NCBI GenBank assembly: GCA_050949565.1
Contig: JBMNFY010000017.1
Coordinates: forward strand, 544,001-608,000
DNA from: Kiritimatiellia bacterium
GTDB taxonomy: Bacteria; Verrucomicrobiota; Kiritimatiellia; RFP12; UBA1067
Direction: 5' to 3'
Length of the DNA: 64,000 nucleotides
Under the pieces are notes generated by a model. That model was given only the letters and a program-made list of their open reading frames with translations, was not told the origin of the DNA and did not search any database. This document shows, piece by piece, positions 53,100 to 63,682 of the stretch; the stretch's first letter is position 1, and every line of letters begins with the position of its first letter. Position numbers and translations under genes: made by a program.

Positions 53100-56012
53100 A
53101 TGCGAACGAGTTACGCTGAAGGAAAGTTTTGTCGCCTTCAAAAAATCGCGGTGTTTGCCACGCTCCTCTGTGCGTTGGCGGCGCCCGTCTCTCGCGGGGA
53201 AATGAAAGCACCGGGGAGCCTGTTCATCAAGTGCGACACGTTCTTGTACGGGATTGACTCTGCGGGAAAGAATCTCCATTTCATCGACAAGTCCACCGGA
53301 AAGGACTACTACAACCGTTCCGCAAGCGGAGATTGGCAGCATTGCGCGTTCGTGAAAAAGGACGGGAAAACGTTCCCGGTCTCGTCCGCCGCCATGGCGG
53401 ACGGCCTGCTGAATCTGCGTTTTGACGGAGCGGACGCCACGGCCGCGATCCGTGTGATCAATGAGCGAGACCGGGTTGTGCTTGAGATTCAGGAGGTGAC
53501 GGGCGATCCGGAATCCATCACGTTCTTGAACATTCCGCTCACGCTTGAGGCGCGACCGTCCGAGCCGTTTGCCGCCTGCGCGCTCTCCCTGAACCTGTTC
53601 ACGCACGTCCACCAACTTCCCGCCCTGCAAACCGAGTTGTGGGCAACCTGTTACAAACGGTTCGGATACAAAGGCGGGCGGGTCGCAGTGATCGGAGTGC
53701 CCCAGAAGTCGATCATCCCGGTGATCCGGAAGGTCATGACGGCCGCCGCGCCAGATATCCCTTTCAATGATCAGGGCGGTGCCTGGGCACTCGATGCGAA
53801 AGAGGGGCGCGGCTCCTACCTGATGAACTTCGGCAGCCTGACCGAAGAGACGGTCGACCAATGGATCGAGAACTGTCAGCGCATCGGCTTCACCCAGATC
53901 GACAACCACGGGGGCGGCGAGTCGTTTTTCCTGTTCGGAAGTATGGAGCTGAACAAGCAGCGTTTCCCTGAAGGGTGGCAAACCTTCAAAAAGATTGTCG
54001 ACAAGTTGCACCGCGCGGGGATATCCTCAATCCTCCACACCTATGCCTGCTACATCGGGCCGCAGTCGAAATATGTGACGCCCGTGCCGCATCCGGGGCT
54101 TGACACCGTGGCCACTTTCACGCTCGCCAAACCGCTGTCTGTGGACGCGACGGAAATCGAGGTGAACGAATCGACCGCCAAGGCGCTGGGACGGGACGTG
54201 ACCTTGCGGATCGGCGACGAAATCATCGGGGTTTCGGGTGTCACCCAAACGGCGCCGTTCCGGTTCACCGGCTGTACGCGCGGACACCATAAGACAGTGG
54301 CTGCGGCTCATGCGGCGGGCGCGAAAGCGAGTATTCTCAAAACGTTCTGGGGCGGGCTGTATGTCCCGAACCCCGATTCGCCGCTCTTTAACGAGGTCGC
54401 TCAGAACACGGCCGACGTGGTGAACGAGTGCGGGTTCGACGGCATCTACTTCGACGCCATCGAAGGAATCCAACACATGTGGGGCCAGGAGAATTACTGG
54501 TATTACGGCGGCCGCTTCGTGTTTGAGGTTGCCAAACGCCTCAAGAAGCCGGTCGGCATGGAGTACGCCGGCATGATGCACTCCTGGTGGCATTACCGCT
54601 CCCGGTATCAGGCGTGGGACTCTCCGGCGCGGGGATACAAGCGGTTTCTGGACATCCATATCGCCTCGATGAACGCCGGCGAAGAGTACCAGCATGGAGC
54701 ATGGACAGGGCACCGCCCGAAAATCGACAAATATGCCCCAATGAACGAGAACGCGCTTTACCTTCCCTTCCAGTTCGGGTGGTGGCGGTTCCACGTATGG
54801 GGCGGTGCACAGTCCGAGCCGACCTTCGCCGACGATGTCGAATATTACTGCTGCAAGATGATCGGCCATAACGCCGGTCTCTCTTTGAACGGCGATATCG
54901 GCGAGTCGATGTTGAATAGCTATCCGGTGTTCAGGGATTACGTGAGCATGGTGAAGCAGTATGAGAAACTGCGCCACGCCAATTACTTCGGCGAGTCTGT
55001 CCGCAAGCAGTTGCGGCAAGTCGAAAAAGATTTCACGCTGTTCCGGGGTCAGGACGGGAAATGGAACTTCAAGCCGGTCGCCTACAACGCGCACCTGGTG
55101 CGCGGGCTGCGGCACCCCACCGCGCAGTGGGCCGTTCAGAATGATTACGCGGAACAGCCCGTCAAACTGCGCATCGAGCCGATGTTGTCCGCCGGCCTCG
55201 TGAACAGCCCGGAACCGTTCCTGCTGCTTGATCCGGCAAAAGCGGATGAAGTTAAGGTAGCGCGTATGGCCGCAGGCGTCACTTGTTCCGCGCAACCGTC
55301 TTCCGTTGCCGTCCCGGCCACGGGGGAGCCGGCCATTGAGGTCTCCGCCCTGAGCACCGGGGCTGTCCCGATCGAAGGGTCGTGGGTTTCGATCCGCCGG
55401 ACCTTCCCGGCGGCGACCAACCTGTGGGGCCGCGAGGCGATCGGCGTCTGGATTCATGGGGACGGTAACGGCGAGTTGCTGAACTTTAAGGTCGGCGGCT
55501 CCCACCATTACGTCACCGTCGATTTCACGGGGTGGAACTATTTCGAACTGGTTGAGGCAGAATCAACCCGCGCCAGAGACTATATCTGGCCCGAGGGGAA
55601 CGTGTACACCTATTTCACGGATTGGGGACACAAGGGTTACAAGACGGCGCAGAATTTTGAACTTTGGCTCAACAACCTTCCGGCGAACAAACGCGTGAAT
55701 GTGCGGATCGGACCGGTGAAAGCGCTGGATCTCGTCGAGAAGACAGTCAAGAATCCCGCAGTCCATGTGAACGGCGCGGCCGTCACATTCCCCGTGGAGA
55801 TGTCCACCGGCATGTATCTGGAAATGAAATCCGGCGCAGAGTGCAACCTGTACAGCAAAGCCGGAAAGATAATCCAAAAGGTGACGCCCCAAGGCGGTGT
55901 GCCGGTGCTCAAACAGGGTAAAAACGCGCTCTCCTTTACCGGCGAAAGTGCAGGGCCGGACGAAACGCGTGTGCGAGTCACGGTCATCGCCGAAGGCGCA
56001 CCCCTTCAATGA
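53100..56012 (+). CDS. Large secreted hypothetical protein, putative TIM-barrel glycoside hydrolase with a CBM-like C-terminus
   Basis: RBS AAGGAG, signal peptide, FPEGWQTFKKIVDKLH, GFDGIYFDAIEG, IGVWIHGDGNG..VDFTGW. Confidence 0.7.
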   Translation: MRTSYAEGKFCRLQKIAVFATLLCALAAPVSRGEMKAPGSLFIKCDTFLYGIDSAGKNLHFIDKSTGKDYYNRSASGDWQHCAFVKKDGKTFPVSSAAMADGLLNLRFDGADATAAIRVINERDRVVLEIQEVTGDPESITFLNIPLTLEARPSEPFAACALSLNLFTHVHQLPALQTELWATCYKRFGYKGGRVAVIGVPQKSIIPVIRKVMTAAAPDIPFNDQGGAWALDAKEGRGSYLMNFGSLTEETVDQWIENCQRIGFTQIDNHGGGESFFLFGSMELNKQRFPEGWQTFKKIVDKLHRAGISSILHTYACYIGPQSKYVTPVPHPGLDTVATFTLAKPLSVDATEIEVNESTAKALGRDVTLRIGDEIIGVSGVTQTAPFRFTGCTRGHHKTVAAAHAAGAKASILKTFWGGLYVPNPDSPLFNEVAQNTADVVNECGFDGIYFDAIEGIQHMWGQENYWYYGGRFVFEVAKRLKKPVGMEYAGMMHSWWHYRSRYQAWDSPARGYKRFLDIHIASMNAGEEYQHGAWTGHRPKIDKYAPMNENALYLPFQFGWWRFHVWGGAQSEPTFADDVEYYCCKMIGHNAGLSLNGDIGESMLNSYPVFRDYVSMVKQYEKLRHANYFGESVRKQLRQVEKDFTLFRGQDGKWNFKPVAYNAHLVRGLRHPTAQWAVQNDYAEQPVKLRIEPMLSAGLVNSPEPFLLLDPAKADEVKVARMAAGVTCSAQPSSVAVPATGEPAIEVSALSTGAVPIEGSWVSIRRTFPAATNLWGREAIGVWIHGDGNGELLNFKVGGSHHYVTVDFTGWNYFELVEAESTRARDYIWPEGNVYTYFTDWGHKGYKTAQNFELWLNNLPANKRVNVRIGPVKALDLVEKTVKNPAVHVNGAAVTFPVEMSTGMYLEMKSGAECNLYSKAGKIIQKVTPQGGVPVLKQGKNALSFTGESAGPDETRVRVTVIAEGAPLQ

Positions 56013-57022
56013 AACCTGAAACAAAAAAACGATGGTCGCAAGCCGCTTGCGCGTCCTTGGCATGGCTTTGCTGCTTTTGCAGTGCAGCGCTGCAAGCCGC
56101 CGCGCAAACGATCGCCACGCAACACGGTGGCGTGACCTTTGACTCCGCCCCTGAAGCACCGGTCGTGCTGGCACCGCCGCCGGTACGCGCCACAGGCGAC
56201 CTCGTAATGGCCACGTTACCGGTGGCCCGCGAACCGATCCGCTTCTATCTGACCTTCGGCACCGTCGGCCGTTACGGCCCTTACACCCTCTCCCACAACG
56301 CCCGCATCGGTCCGCCGCATGCCACATATCTGCTGGGCCTTGTCGATCAAGGACGGCGCTTCACACTGACCGCTCCGCACGCGACCAACACAGTTTACGG
56401 CCCCTTCGCGACAACCGACGGCACCTCCGTCCGCCTAGGCCAGGCCGAGATGACGTTCGTGCGCATCGCACCGGTCCTGACCGTCGCGCTCACGCATCCC
56501 GACCGTATCAACCAACTCCCGCTGATCGGCATCGCGCCCGACTCGCCCGCGCTTGAGCGCGAGTTGTACATGCTGCGCGCCAAGTACGCCTCACTCGCCA
56601 ACCGCGTCGACGCCGAAACCGCAGATGTTCACTTTCATGGCATGCCGCGCGTCACAAGACGCCGCTCGGGCACGATCGTCTCACCGACCATCAGCCCTTC
56701 GCAACGCGACAAGCAGAACGCCACACGCGGCGCGGAACTGAGCGCGGTACGTTTTCTCGAAACACTCATGCAGCAACACTTCCGCATCCGGTCGCAGGCC
56801 ATGAGCGGCGCACTGCGCTGGCAGTTCGCCATGCCTCCGGGCAACTACATCTTCTGTGCGATGCAAAAAGTAAAAGACCCCCAGGCCACGGGGGTCGCCG
56901 GGCTGTCGACCGCTATCTGGTGGACGCCCTTTGCATTTGACGGTGAGTATCCTCTTGCGCTGACGCTCACCGCCGAAAATGCCATCATCTGGCGCGACGT
57001 GTTCGTACTCGAACGCGAGTGA
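56009..57022 (+). CDS. Exported hypothetical protein
   Basis: ATGA overlap with the upstream gene; signal peptide; internal GPY/GPF repeat. Confidence 0.7.
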   Translation: MKPETKKRWSQAACASLAWLCCFCSAALQAAAQTIATQHGGVTFDSAPEAPVVLAPPPVRATGDLVMATLPVAREPIRFYLTFGTVGRYGPYTLSHNARIGPPHATYLLGLVDQGRRFTLTAPHATNTVYGPFATTDGTSVRLGQAEMTFVRIAPVLTVALTHPDRINQLPLIGIAPDSPALERELYMLRAKYASLANRVDAETADVHFHGMPRVTRRRSGTIVSPTISPSQRDKQNATRGAELSAVRFLETLMQQHFRIRSQAMSGALRWQFAMPPGNYIFCAMQKVKDPQATGVAGLSTAIWWTPFAFDGEYPLALTLTAENAIIWRDVFVLERE

Positions 57023-57031
57023 CCGCGCCGC

Positions 57032-57373
57032 CTATTTTTGGGCGGCGCGTGCCCGCGCTTGGTTGATTGCCGCCGCTTGCTTGCCGACTGCTTCGACCGT
57101 CTTGCCGTTGGCTTTGGCAATCGCCGTGTATCCAATCTTGCGATCCGCATTCTCCGCATTGACCACCCCGGTCTTGGTTGCATCAAGACCGGCTTTGGCC
57201 ACGAGATAACCGTCCGCGCCCTCTGACGCATCACCCGCCTTCAGAATCTGTGTGATCTGTGCGTTGCGTTCTTTGCGCCGGGCCTTCGCCGCCTCAATGT
57301 CATCCGCTTGCGCCACGCAGGCCACACCCACCAGCACTGCCATCACGGCACCCATCACTGGTCTCATCATCAT
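57032..57373 (-). CDS. ydbL: YdbL family (DUF1318) protein
   Basis: EGADGYL, VNAENADR..Y..IA; third gene of the ydbH-ynbE-ydbL arrangement. Confidence 0.85.
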   Translation of the reverse strand: MMMRPVMGAVMAVLVGVACVAQADDIEAAKARRKERNAQITQILKAGDASEGADGYLVAKAGLDATKTGVVNAENADRKIGYTAIAKANGKTVEAVGKQAAAINQARARAAQK

Positions 57374-57399
57374 TTTGCCTTCCTTTCCCGGCTAGGCCG

Positions 57400-57564
57400 T
57401 TAATCGAAATTCAAGAAATCTTCCAGTTCCTTCTGCACCTTCAGGTTCACATCCATCGTGATGTGGATCGGTTTGATCTCATGCTCTGTTTTGACGGACA
57501 GGCACCCGCCCGCCGCTAGCGCCATCAAGATCCCAACCACCACCGCTCGTCTCATTCTCCTCAT
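57400..57564 (-). CDS. ynbE: YnbE-like lipoprotein
   Basis: Lipobox AGGC, then KPIHITMDVNLKVQKELEDF. Confidence 0.82.
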   Translation of the reverse strand: MRRMRRAVVVGILMALAAGGCLSVKTEHEIKPIHITMDVNLKVQKELEDFLNFD

Positions 57565-57586
57565 GCACTCCTCTCCTTCCTGAAAA

Positions 57587-60500
57587 TCATCGTTTGGGCG
57601 CCTGCTGACGCGACGCATCCAATCCCATGTTCACTAGTTTCTCCAATGGCCCGTGGAGATTCAAGTTCAAATCCACCGGCGCGGGCCATGCCTTGTCGTT
57701 AGATTTGCCGACCAACTTGATCCGCAATGTCCCCTCGCCGTCCGCCCGCGGCTCCAAATCCAGCTTGAGCATGTTGAAATCCAAGTCGCTCAACGCTTGG
57801 GCCAACGGCTTCTGCACATCGCCCTTGATTCCCGAGCGCTCCAGCAGTGCCCGCATCTGCTCGCTGTCCTCAAGTCGCAACGAACCGCCCTGCCCCGGCA
57901 ACGAATAGAGGAAACCGGGCGCAAGCCGTACATGGCCCTCTTTGATCCTCACCGGGAAGCGGCCGAACAACACCCCTTCCATCCGCCCCTTGAAAGGCAT
58001 GACCATCATCAGCGCCTCACCCAGATCAATGCGGTCGGCATACACCACAAACTCATCGCTCGGCCGCACAAACTCCCAGTTCACCGAGTAGGCATTGAGA
58101 CTGCCCTTGCACCAGCCGACCTCGGCTCGGTCCACAAAGATCCCGCGGCGCGTCACCTGAAAATCAACACGCCCTTGGTCGAAGGACACGTTTCCGACCT
58201 TCGCATGAGTAAACGCAACAAAGGGCTGTTCTATTGTCCGGAAAAAGACACCCACCGAAAACGGTATGTCAGCGGTGACGCCACGCACCTCGGCTTGTTC
58301 CTTGCGCAACCAGCCCTCATTGACGCGTAGCCGACCGATCACATGCGGACGCACCCCCAAGAGACGCATGTTCGCCTCGGCGGCCACACGTCCGCCGACC
58401 TCGACCCCGGGCACCTTGTCGCGGACCAGCGCCATAAGCGCATCTGTCGGCTCCAACTCGGTTTCAGGCAGCGTGACCGTAAGCCGCATCGCACGCGGAT
58501 CACGTAACGGGATTTGCGCCTCCGTCTGCACACGCAGCGCGCTCTCCGACAGCCGCAGCGCGATTTGCGCCGTGACCGTATCGTCATCAGCCGACCATTT
58601 CATACCGTCCATCTCGACCGCGATGCCCTGCGCCTCCAACCGCTGCCAAGCCAGCCGCTGCTCCGGTCGGAAGGCCAGTCCGTCCGCCGCCGACCAATTG
58701 AACGGCAGCTCCATGGAGGCCTGCTCCAGCCGTGCCTGAGAACCGCTCTCGGCCCAGGCGTTACTGACGGCAAGCGTCACGTCTGCCGCCCATTGCGGAT
58801 GTGCGATGCGTTTGAACTCCGGAATCTCAAAGCGCGCACCCAGACTCTCCGCGCCGGCCGTCAACGTGCGATTCGTCTCCGGCCCGGTCTGCGCCTTGAC
58901 CTCACGCGCCCACACTGCGCCGCGCGCTGCCAGACTGTCGGTGCTGTAACGGATTTCGGCCGCGCCGCCCAACCGTCCCGCCACCTGCGCCTGCTGCTGC
59001 GTCCAAGCCGTCGGCGCGTCAGGCAGTGTCAGCGCGATGCGCCACACCGGATTGGATGACAGGCTGGACACCACGGCCTCACCCTCGAAACGCACGCGCC
59101 CCTCGTCTAGCGTCAGCGGTAATTTGGGCAGCACGCGCGCTTCACCCAGATGCCCCGTGAACGTACCACGCGCCTCCGCATAAGGCGGCCGCGTCGTCAG
59201 TTTCGTATTAACACTCCCCGTGAGGGTGAACGCATCGCGAAAGACATACCCATCTTGCAACGTGATCTCGCAACGCACCGCGCCCGGCTTGGAGGATTCA
59301 ACATCGGCCTCGCCGACCACCCGCACCGCTTTGGCGCCAACATAAGTACCGGAAAGTGGCGCGGACGAGCGCAACGCCTCAGCCGCGTACTGCACGCGAC
59401 CGTCCCACGAGCCGCCCGGCGGACACTGCGCTTCAGCATCAACCTTCAACGTGCCGCCGTCGGAAAAAAAGATCGGCACGAGCGGCAACACACGCGGCAA
59501 CAGCGTCGCAATCGAGCGTCCCGGCAGATCGCTCTCCAACGAGGCGTTCAGCCGCTGCCCCGCCGCTTCCTGCTGCCACCGCCCCGAGCCCCGCAGACTA
59601 AGCATCCGCCCGCGTTCTTGCGATGTTCCAAGTCCCTGCCCCCAAGCAAACCCGGACAGACCGGCATTGACCCGAAACTGTACATCCCGCGGCGTGCCCG
59701 ACGCCTCGATCCGCGCACTCTGCAACACCGCATGCGCCTGACGCGACGGCAGGTCGAACCGGCTGTTGCGCCCGAGCGCCAGCGAGAGTTGAAACGGCTG
59801 GACGTTGGTCCACGCCACCACCGCAAACTCGCCCCGCGCTGTCAGACTGGCACCCGCCGCTGGCTCAACCGCGCAGTGCGACAGCGCGTCGGGAGCCAGT
59901 TGACGCGCAACCGCCAGGCCGCCGGCGAGATCAGGGAAAGCCAACTCCGATGTGAGCGTGACCGCGCCTTTCGCAAGATCCGCGCTGCCGACCAGCCTCA
60001 CTTGGGACAGCATACCCGTGCTCGATCCCTCGCCCTGCACCTGTCCCCAGAAGCGGTAGCGCCCGTCGGCTTCGCCGACACCGCCGCCTGAAAAAGCGAG
60101 GCACGCCAGCGGCTCGGCCGGATCAGACGGCGTCGCCACCGCGATCCGCACATCGTGCAGGGTCGTCATCCAAAACGAAAAGGGCGGCGCATCAGACACC
60201 GGCCGCGCGCGGTCGGAACGGTCAGATGTCGGCAACAGAGGCTTCAGACGCTCAGCTAATGGCGACACCCACGCACCATCTTGAACCAGCAGGGTCGTGC
60301 GCACGCCTTGAACGTGAATACGTTCGACATGGCGTCGCGGCAAATCGTCCGGCGAATAATGCAGGTCGATCTGGTCGATCGCCAGAAGCGGGACCGGCCC
60401 CTCGCCCCAGTGCACGTCACGCAACGCCAGCCGCCACGGCGAGAGCTTGGTCAACCGGAAAGAGACATCATCGATACCCTGACGCGCCAGCACCGCATGC

Positions 60501-60634
60501 ACCGCGCGCGTCGCGATATGGATACGCCGCAACCAGAGCGTCGCCGCTGCGAGCATGACACTAACCGCCACCACGCCCACAACAATAGACACCCCACGAA
60601 CCACGCGCTTGAATACGATAACAGGGGAAAACAT
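57587..60634 (-). CDS. ydbH: YdbH-domain AsmA-like intermembrane lipid transport protein
   Basis: N-terminal TM; C-terminal G.L.GRFPV, ALSDLDFN.L, PVDLNLNLHG; operon context. Confidence 0.8.
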   Translation of the reverse strand: MFSPVIVFKRVVRGVSIVVGVVAVSVMLAAATLWLRRIHIATRAVHAVLARQGIDDVSFRLTKLSPWRLALRDVHWGEGPVPLLAIDQIDLHYSPDDLPRRHVERIHVQGVRTTLLVQDGAWVSPLAERLKPLLPTSDRSDRARPVSDAPPFSFWMTTLHDVRIAVATPSDPAEPLACLAFSGGGVGEADGRYRFWGQVQGEGSSTGMLSQVRLVGSADLAKGAVTLTSELAFPDLAGGLAVARQLAPDALSHCAVEPAAGASLTARGEFAVVAWTNVQPFQLSLALGRNSRFDLPSRQAHAVLQSARIEASGTPRDVQFRVNAGLSGFAWGQGLGTSQERGRMLSLRGSGRWQQEAAGQRLNASLESDLPGRSIATLLPRVLPLVPIFFSDGGTLKVDAEAQCPPGGSWDGRVQYAAEALRSSAPLSGTYVGAKAVRVVGEADVESSKPGAVRCEITLQDGYVFRDAFTLTGSVNTKLTTRPPYAEARGTFTGHLGEARVLPKLPLTLDEGRVRFEGEAVVSSLSSNPVWRIALTLPDAPTAWTQQQAQVAGRLGGAAEIRYSTDSLAARGAVWAREVKAQTGPETNRTLTAGAESLGARFEIPEFKRIAHPQWAADVTLAVSNAWAESGSQARLEQASMELPFNWSAADGLAFRPEQRLAWQRLEAQGIAVEMDGMKWSADDDTVTAQIALRLSESALRVQTEAQIPLRDPRAMRLTVTLPETELEPTDALMALVRDKVPGVEVGGRVAAEANMRLLGVRPHVIGRLRVNEGWLRKEQAEVRGVTADIPFSVGVFFRTIEQPFVAFTHAKVGNVSFDQGRVDFQVTRRGIFVDRAEVGWCKGSLNAYSVNWEFVRPSDEFVVYADRIDLGEALMMVMPFKGRMEGVLFGRFPVRIKEGHVRLAPGFLYSLPGQGGSLRLEDSEQMRALLERSGIKGDVQKPLAQALSDLDFNMLKLDLEPRADGEGTLRIKLVGKSNDKAWPAPVDLNLNLHGPLEKLVNMGLDASRQQAPKR

Positions 60635-60683
60635 GGGGCATAGTATACCCCATAAGTGCGCCCGTTGGGCACTGGTTTTTGCA

Positions 60684-60730
60684 GCCCGCCAGCCAGCGGC
60701 CAGCGCAACGCTGGCCGCTGGTTGGCGGGC
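60684..60730. repeat. 22-bp GC-rich hairpin
   Basis: GCCCGCCAGCCAGCGGCCAGCG-CAA-CGCTGGCCGCTGGTTGGCGGGC. Confidence 0.8.
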
Positions 60731-60732
60731 CA

Positions 60733-61122
60733 ACAAAAAACAAGTTGTTTAACCACGAAGACACGAAGGGCACGAAGTTTTTGGGGCACCGTTCGGGTTT
60801 TTTGCATCCACAGATTACAGATTACGCAAATTTTTTAGGGGCAGGGCTCGGGTTTTGGGAACCACGGAATACACGGAACACACGGAAAGGCACTGCTCGG
60901 TTGTTTCACGCGAAGACGCGAAGGTTTTTTTGGGGCACTGCTCACGAATAGCCGCAAAGAACGCAAAGAGGGATATTGGGGTTTTGGCATGACTCGGCTT
61001 TTTCTCTCACAGAGGCGCAGAGGACACGGAGGTTTTGGGGGATAACGCGCCCCCAGACAAACTCATGCACTAATTAACTAACGCACTAATTAACTTGGGT
61101 TGCGGGCTGTGCCCGCATTAGA
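60733..61122 (+). repeat. Modular array of distinct triple-repeat units separated by GGCAYNGCTCGG-like linkers
   Basis: Modules CACGAAG x3, CAGATT x2-3, CACGGAA x3, CGCGAAG x2, CGCAAAG x2, CAGAG x3, CTAATT; linkers near 60783, 60838, 60889, 60932 and 60986. Confidence 0.88.
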
Positions 61123-61607
61123 TTTATCGTCAGGTACCAAGCTGTGTGGCACGGGCATCTTGCCCGTGTGGCGGCGTGAAACGCCGCCCGGACGAGCGAC
61201 GCTCGTCCCTCCCGGCGCTCCGCGAGCCCGAATCGCAGCACTGGAGGGCGAGTGTCCCCACGAGCCGCCGTCCGCGCAAAATTTAAACACCCAACGCTCA
61301 ACTTTCCGTGGTCTAAACACCTGTCCCTTTGTCGTCCACGAAGGCACAAGGGACACGAAGGTTTTGGGGGATAACGCGCCCCCAGACAAACTAATGCACT
61401 AATTAACTAACGCACTAATTAACTTGGTTTGCGGGCTGTGCCCGCATTAGATTTACCGTCAGGTGCCGAGCTGTGTGGCACGGGCATCTTGCCCGTGTGG
61501 CGGCGTGAAACGCCGCCCGGACGAGCAACGCTCGTCCCTCCCGGCGCTCCGCGAGCCCGAATCGCAGCACTGGAGGGCGAGTGTCCCCACGAGCCGCCGT
61601 CCGCGCA
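61022..61607 (+). repeat. ~256-bp duplication (329-bp period) made of REP-like palindromes
   Basis: 61022..61278 is nearly identical to 61351..61607; includes GGCACGGGCATCTTGCCCGTG, GGACGAGC..GCTCGTCC and the GGAGGGCGAG REP. Confidence 0.9.
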
Positions 61608-61813
61608 CAGCGCGGCTCTTGTCACCGCACTCCAAATTTTCCGCCGCGCCATGAGCGGCACAACAATCCTGTCAATCCTGTCAATCCTGTCAAAAAAAAC
61701 ATCCTGCTTTTCACCAGAAACGCATTATCTTCGCACACCTCTGTCACGAACCGATTACTTTGGCAAACTGAGCGTCGCAGGTCGAATGTCGCCGGTCGCG
61801 GGGCAGGCGCCTC

Positions 61814-63682
61814 TTATGGTTTTATCCGTTCGCCGGTGTCGGGATTATAGCGGACGGTCTCGACTGAGCATTGGCCGTCCACCGTTGTCCGGATGGTCAG
61901 AACACCCTCGAGGGAGTCATCGTCTGCCGACACGCGCGCGAGTTCACGCCAGGGGCGCGTGCCGTCCTCGCGGAACGAAACGCAGACCGATGAGACAGGC
62001 TCGGAAGAACCGAGCAGGTACTCGCCGGGCACGCCGGGGCGGCGGAACACGAGACCGGTGCCGTCCCGGAGCATTTCAAGCGTGAAGAGCGTCTTTCCGG
62101 AGGGGGCGTTGTAGTGCGTCGTCTCGCCCAGTTGCTGCGGGAAGTAGCCGGTCCGTGGATACCCGGGCACGTTCCCGCAGACGAGGAAGGCGTTCTCCGT
62201 GATGCGTCCTTTCCCGTCGAGACGGTAATGCCCCACGTTGTTTTCCTTCCAGGCGTTCCACATCAGCATCACATGGAAGTGCGGCGGCGCGTCCACATGG
62301 CCGTTCGGGAAGTTGGACTCAAACCCGAAAAGCTGCACAAACGCGCCTTCGGTCGCGTTCGTCTCAGCGAGTCCGGCGCGCCGGAACAATTCGCGCGCGG
62401 CGAACAGCCAGTTGTTTTGCGCACGGACCTCCGCAGCGGGATAGGGCCTGTCGCGGTACAGACCGTGCTGAACCCCCTCCACATTGTGGAAGACGCAGAT
62501 GCGGATCGCACCCTCACTCCACCCCGTGGTGAAACCGGTGGGCGGCTTCGTCGCTGTGGGCGTGAAAAGGACACGGTCGCCGTCGCGCACCATATTCTTC
62601 GCCCCATACACGGTTTTCACCGCGACACCCGGCCAGACGAGTTCCACGCGCGGTGCGGCGAGGCCGCGCCCGGGGGCCTCGATCGTGAAATAATACTCGC
62701 GCACGTTGAGCCCCGTTTTCGCCTCATCCCCTTCCACCACCCTCCATGGTGCGGGCACCTTGATCTCGGGTGCGGGAGTCGTGCCGTGCGCGGCCTTCGT
62801 CACCTTCGAGGCATAGCGCGTGACGAACGGCGTCACGGCCGTGGCGATCTGCGCCTCACCATTCTTAAAATAATTATCGAAGAATGCCGTGATGATCGGC
62901 TTCACCATGGCGTTGAACTCGCCCGAGTGGCCGCTGGTCTTCTCCTCGGCCGTGCGGATCTCGATGTAGGTGTGCGCCACCTTGTTCGACGTAAGGATGT
63001 TGTGCAACTCGCGGTTCGCGGACAGGAAGAAGTCTGATGTGCCCACGGCCATGATCAGGTTCACATCGCCGTTCTTCAGTTTCATGGCCTCTGTAACCAC
63101 AGAGTGCTCCCGCCAGCGTTCGGGGAATTCATCACGCGGGCCAAGGCGTTTGGCGATGTCCCAGCTATTCGGAAAATTCCACAGGTTCATGCCTCCGTAG
63201 ATACTGCCGATCGCGCCGAAGAGTTCCTTATGTCTGAATCCGAGCCAGCAGGCGCCGTGGCCGCCCATGGATCCGCCCATGATCGCGCGATGCGCCCGGT
63301 CGCGGATGACACGGTAGTGCGCATCGATCCATGGCACGAGTTCCTTTGTTACATGGGTTTCGTAACGATACGACGGGTCGATAGGCGAATCGAACCACCA
63401 GCTCGTCTTTCCGCCGTCGGCGCAGACGAACAGGAATTCGTGGCGGTCGGCCAGAAACTTCAGTTCTTCCGTCGCGTACGTGCGGTAGTTGCCGCCTGCG
63501 CCATGCACCACGTAGACCGTACTGAACGCCATGCCCGGATCGGCGGCGTACTTGTCCGGCAAGACCACACAGGCCGGGATGTCCTTGCCCATCGACGGGC
63601 TCGGAACCCGGATCTCCTCAATCACCGCGCCTTGCGTAGCCGCCGCGAACGCGACCACGGAAAAAATCAAAAGTCTCCTCAT
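61814..63682 (-). CDS. Secreted esterase (alpha/beta hydrolase, CE1/FrmB-like) with a C-terminal domain of unknown function
   Basis: Signal peptide, VPSPSMGK, VVHGAGG, RAIMGGSMGGHGA; C-terminal GHVDAPPHFH. Confidence 0.85.
   Translation of the reverse strand: MRRLLIFSVVAFAAATQGAVIEEIRVPSPSMGKDIPACVVLPDKYAADPGMAFSTVYVVHGAGGNYRTYATEELKFLADRHEFLFVCADGGKTSWWFDSPIDPSYRYETHVTKELVPWIDAHYRVIRDRAHRAIMGGSMGGHGACWLGFRHKELFGAIGSIYGGMNLWNFPNSWDIAKRLGPRDEFPERWREHSVVTEAMKLKNGDVNLIMAVGTSDFFLSANRELHNILTSNKVAHTYIEIRTAEEKTSGHSGEFNAMVKPIITAFFDNYFKNGEAQIATAVTPFVTRYASKVTKAAHGTTPAPEIKVPAPWRVVEGDEAKTGLNVREYYFTIEAPGRGLAAPRVELVWPGVAVKTVYGAKNMVRDGDRVLFTPTATKPPTGFTTGWSEGAIRICVFHNVEGVQHGLYRDRPYPAAEVRAQNNWLFAARELFRRAGLAETNATEGAFVQLFGFESNFPNGHVDAPPHFHVMLMWNAWKENNVGHYRLDGKGRITENAFLVCGNVPGYPRTGYFPQQLGETTHYNAPSGKTLFTLEMLRDGTGLVFRRPGVPGEYLLGSSEPVSSVCVSFREDGTRPWRELARVSADDDSLEGVLTIRTTVDGQCSVETVRYNPDTGERIKP

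Noticed and set aside
60210-60232. Repeat-derived PTSDRSDR peptide in ydbH
   Set aside because: Too short, with no clear intergenic counterpart in this window.
60733-61122. CRISPR array
   Set aside because: The constant part is only a ~12-nt degenerate linker, and the variable parts are internally repetitive modules found elsewhere in the window.
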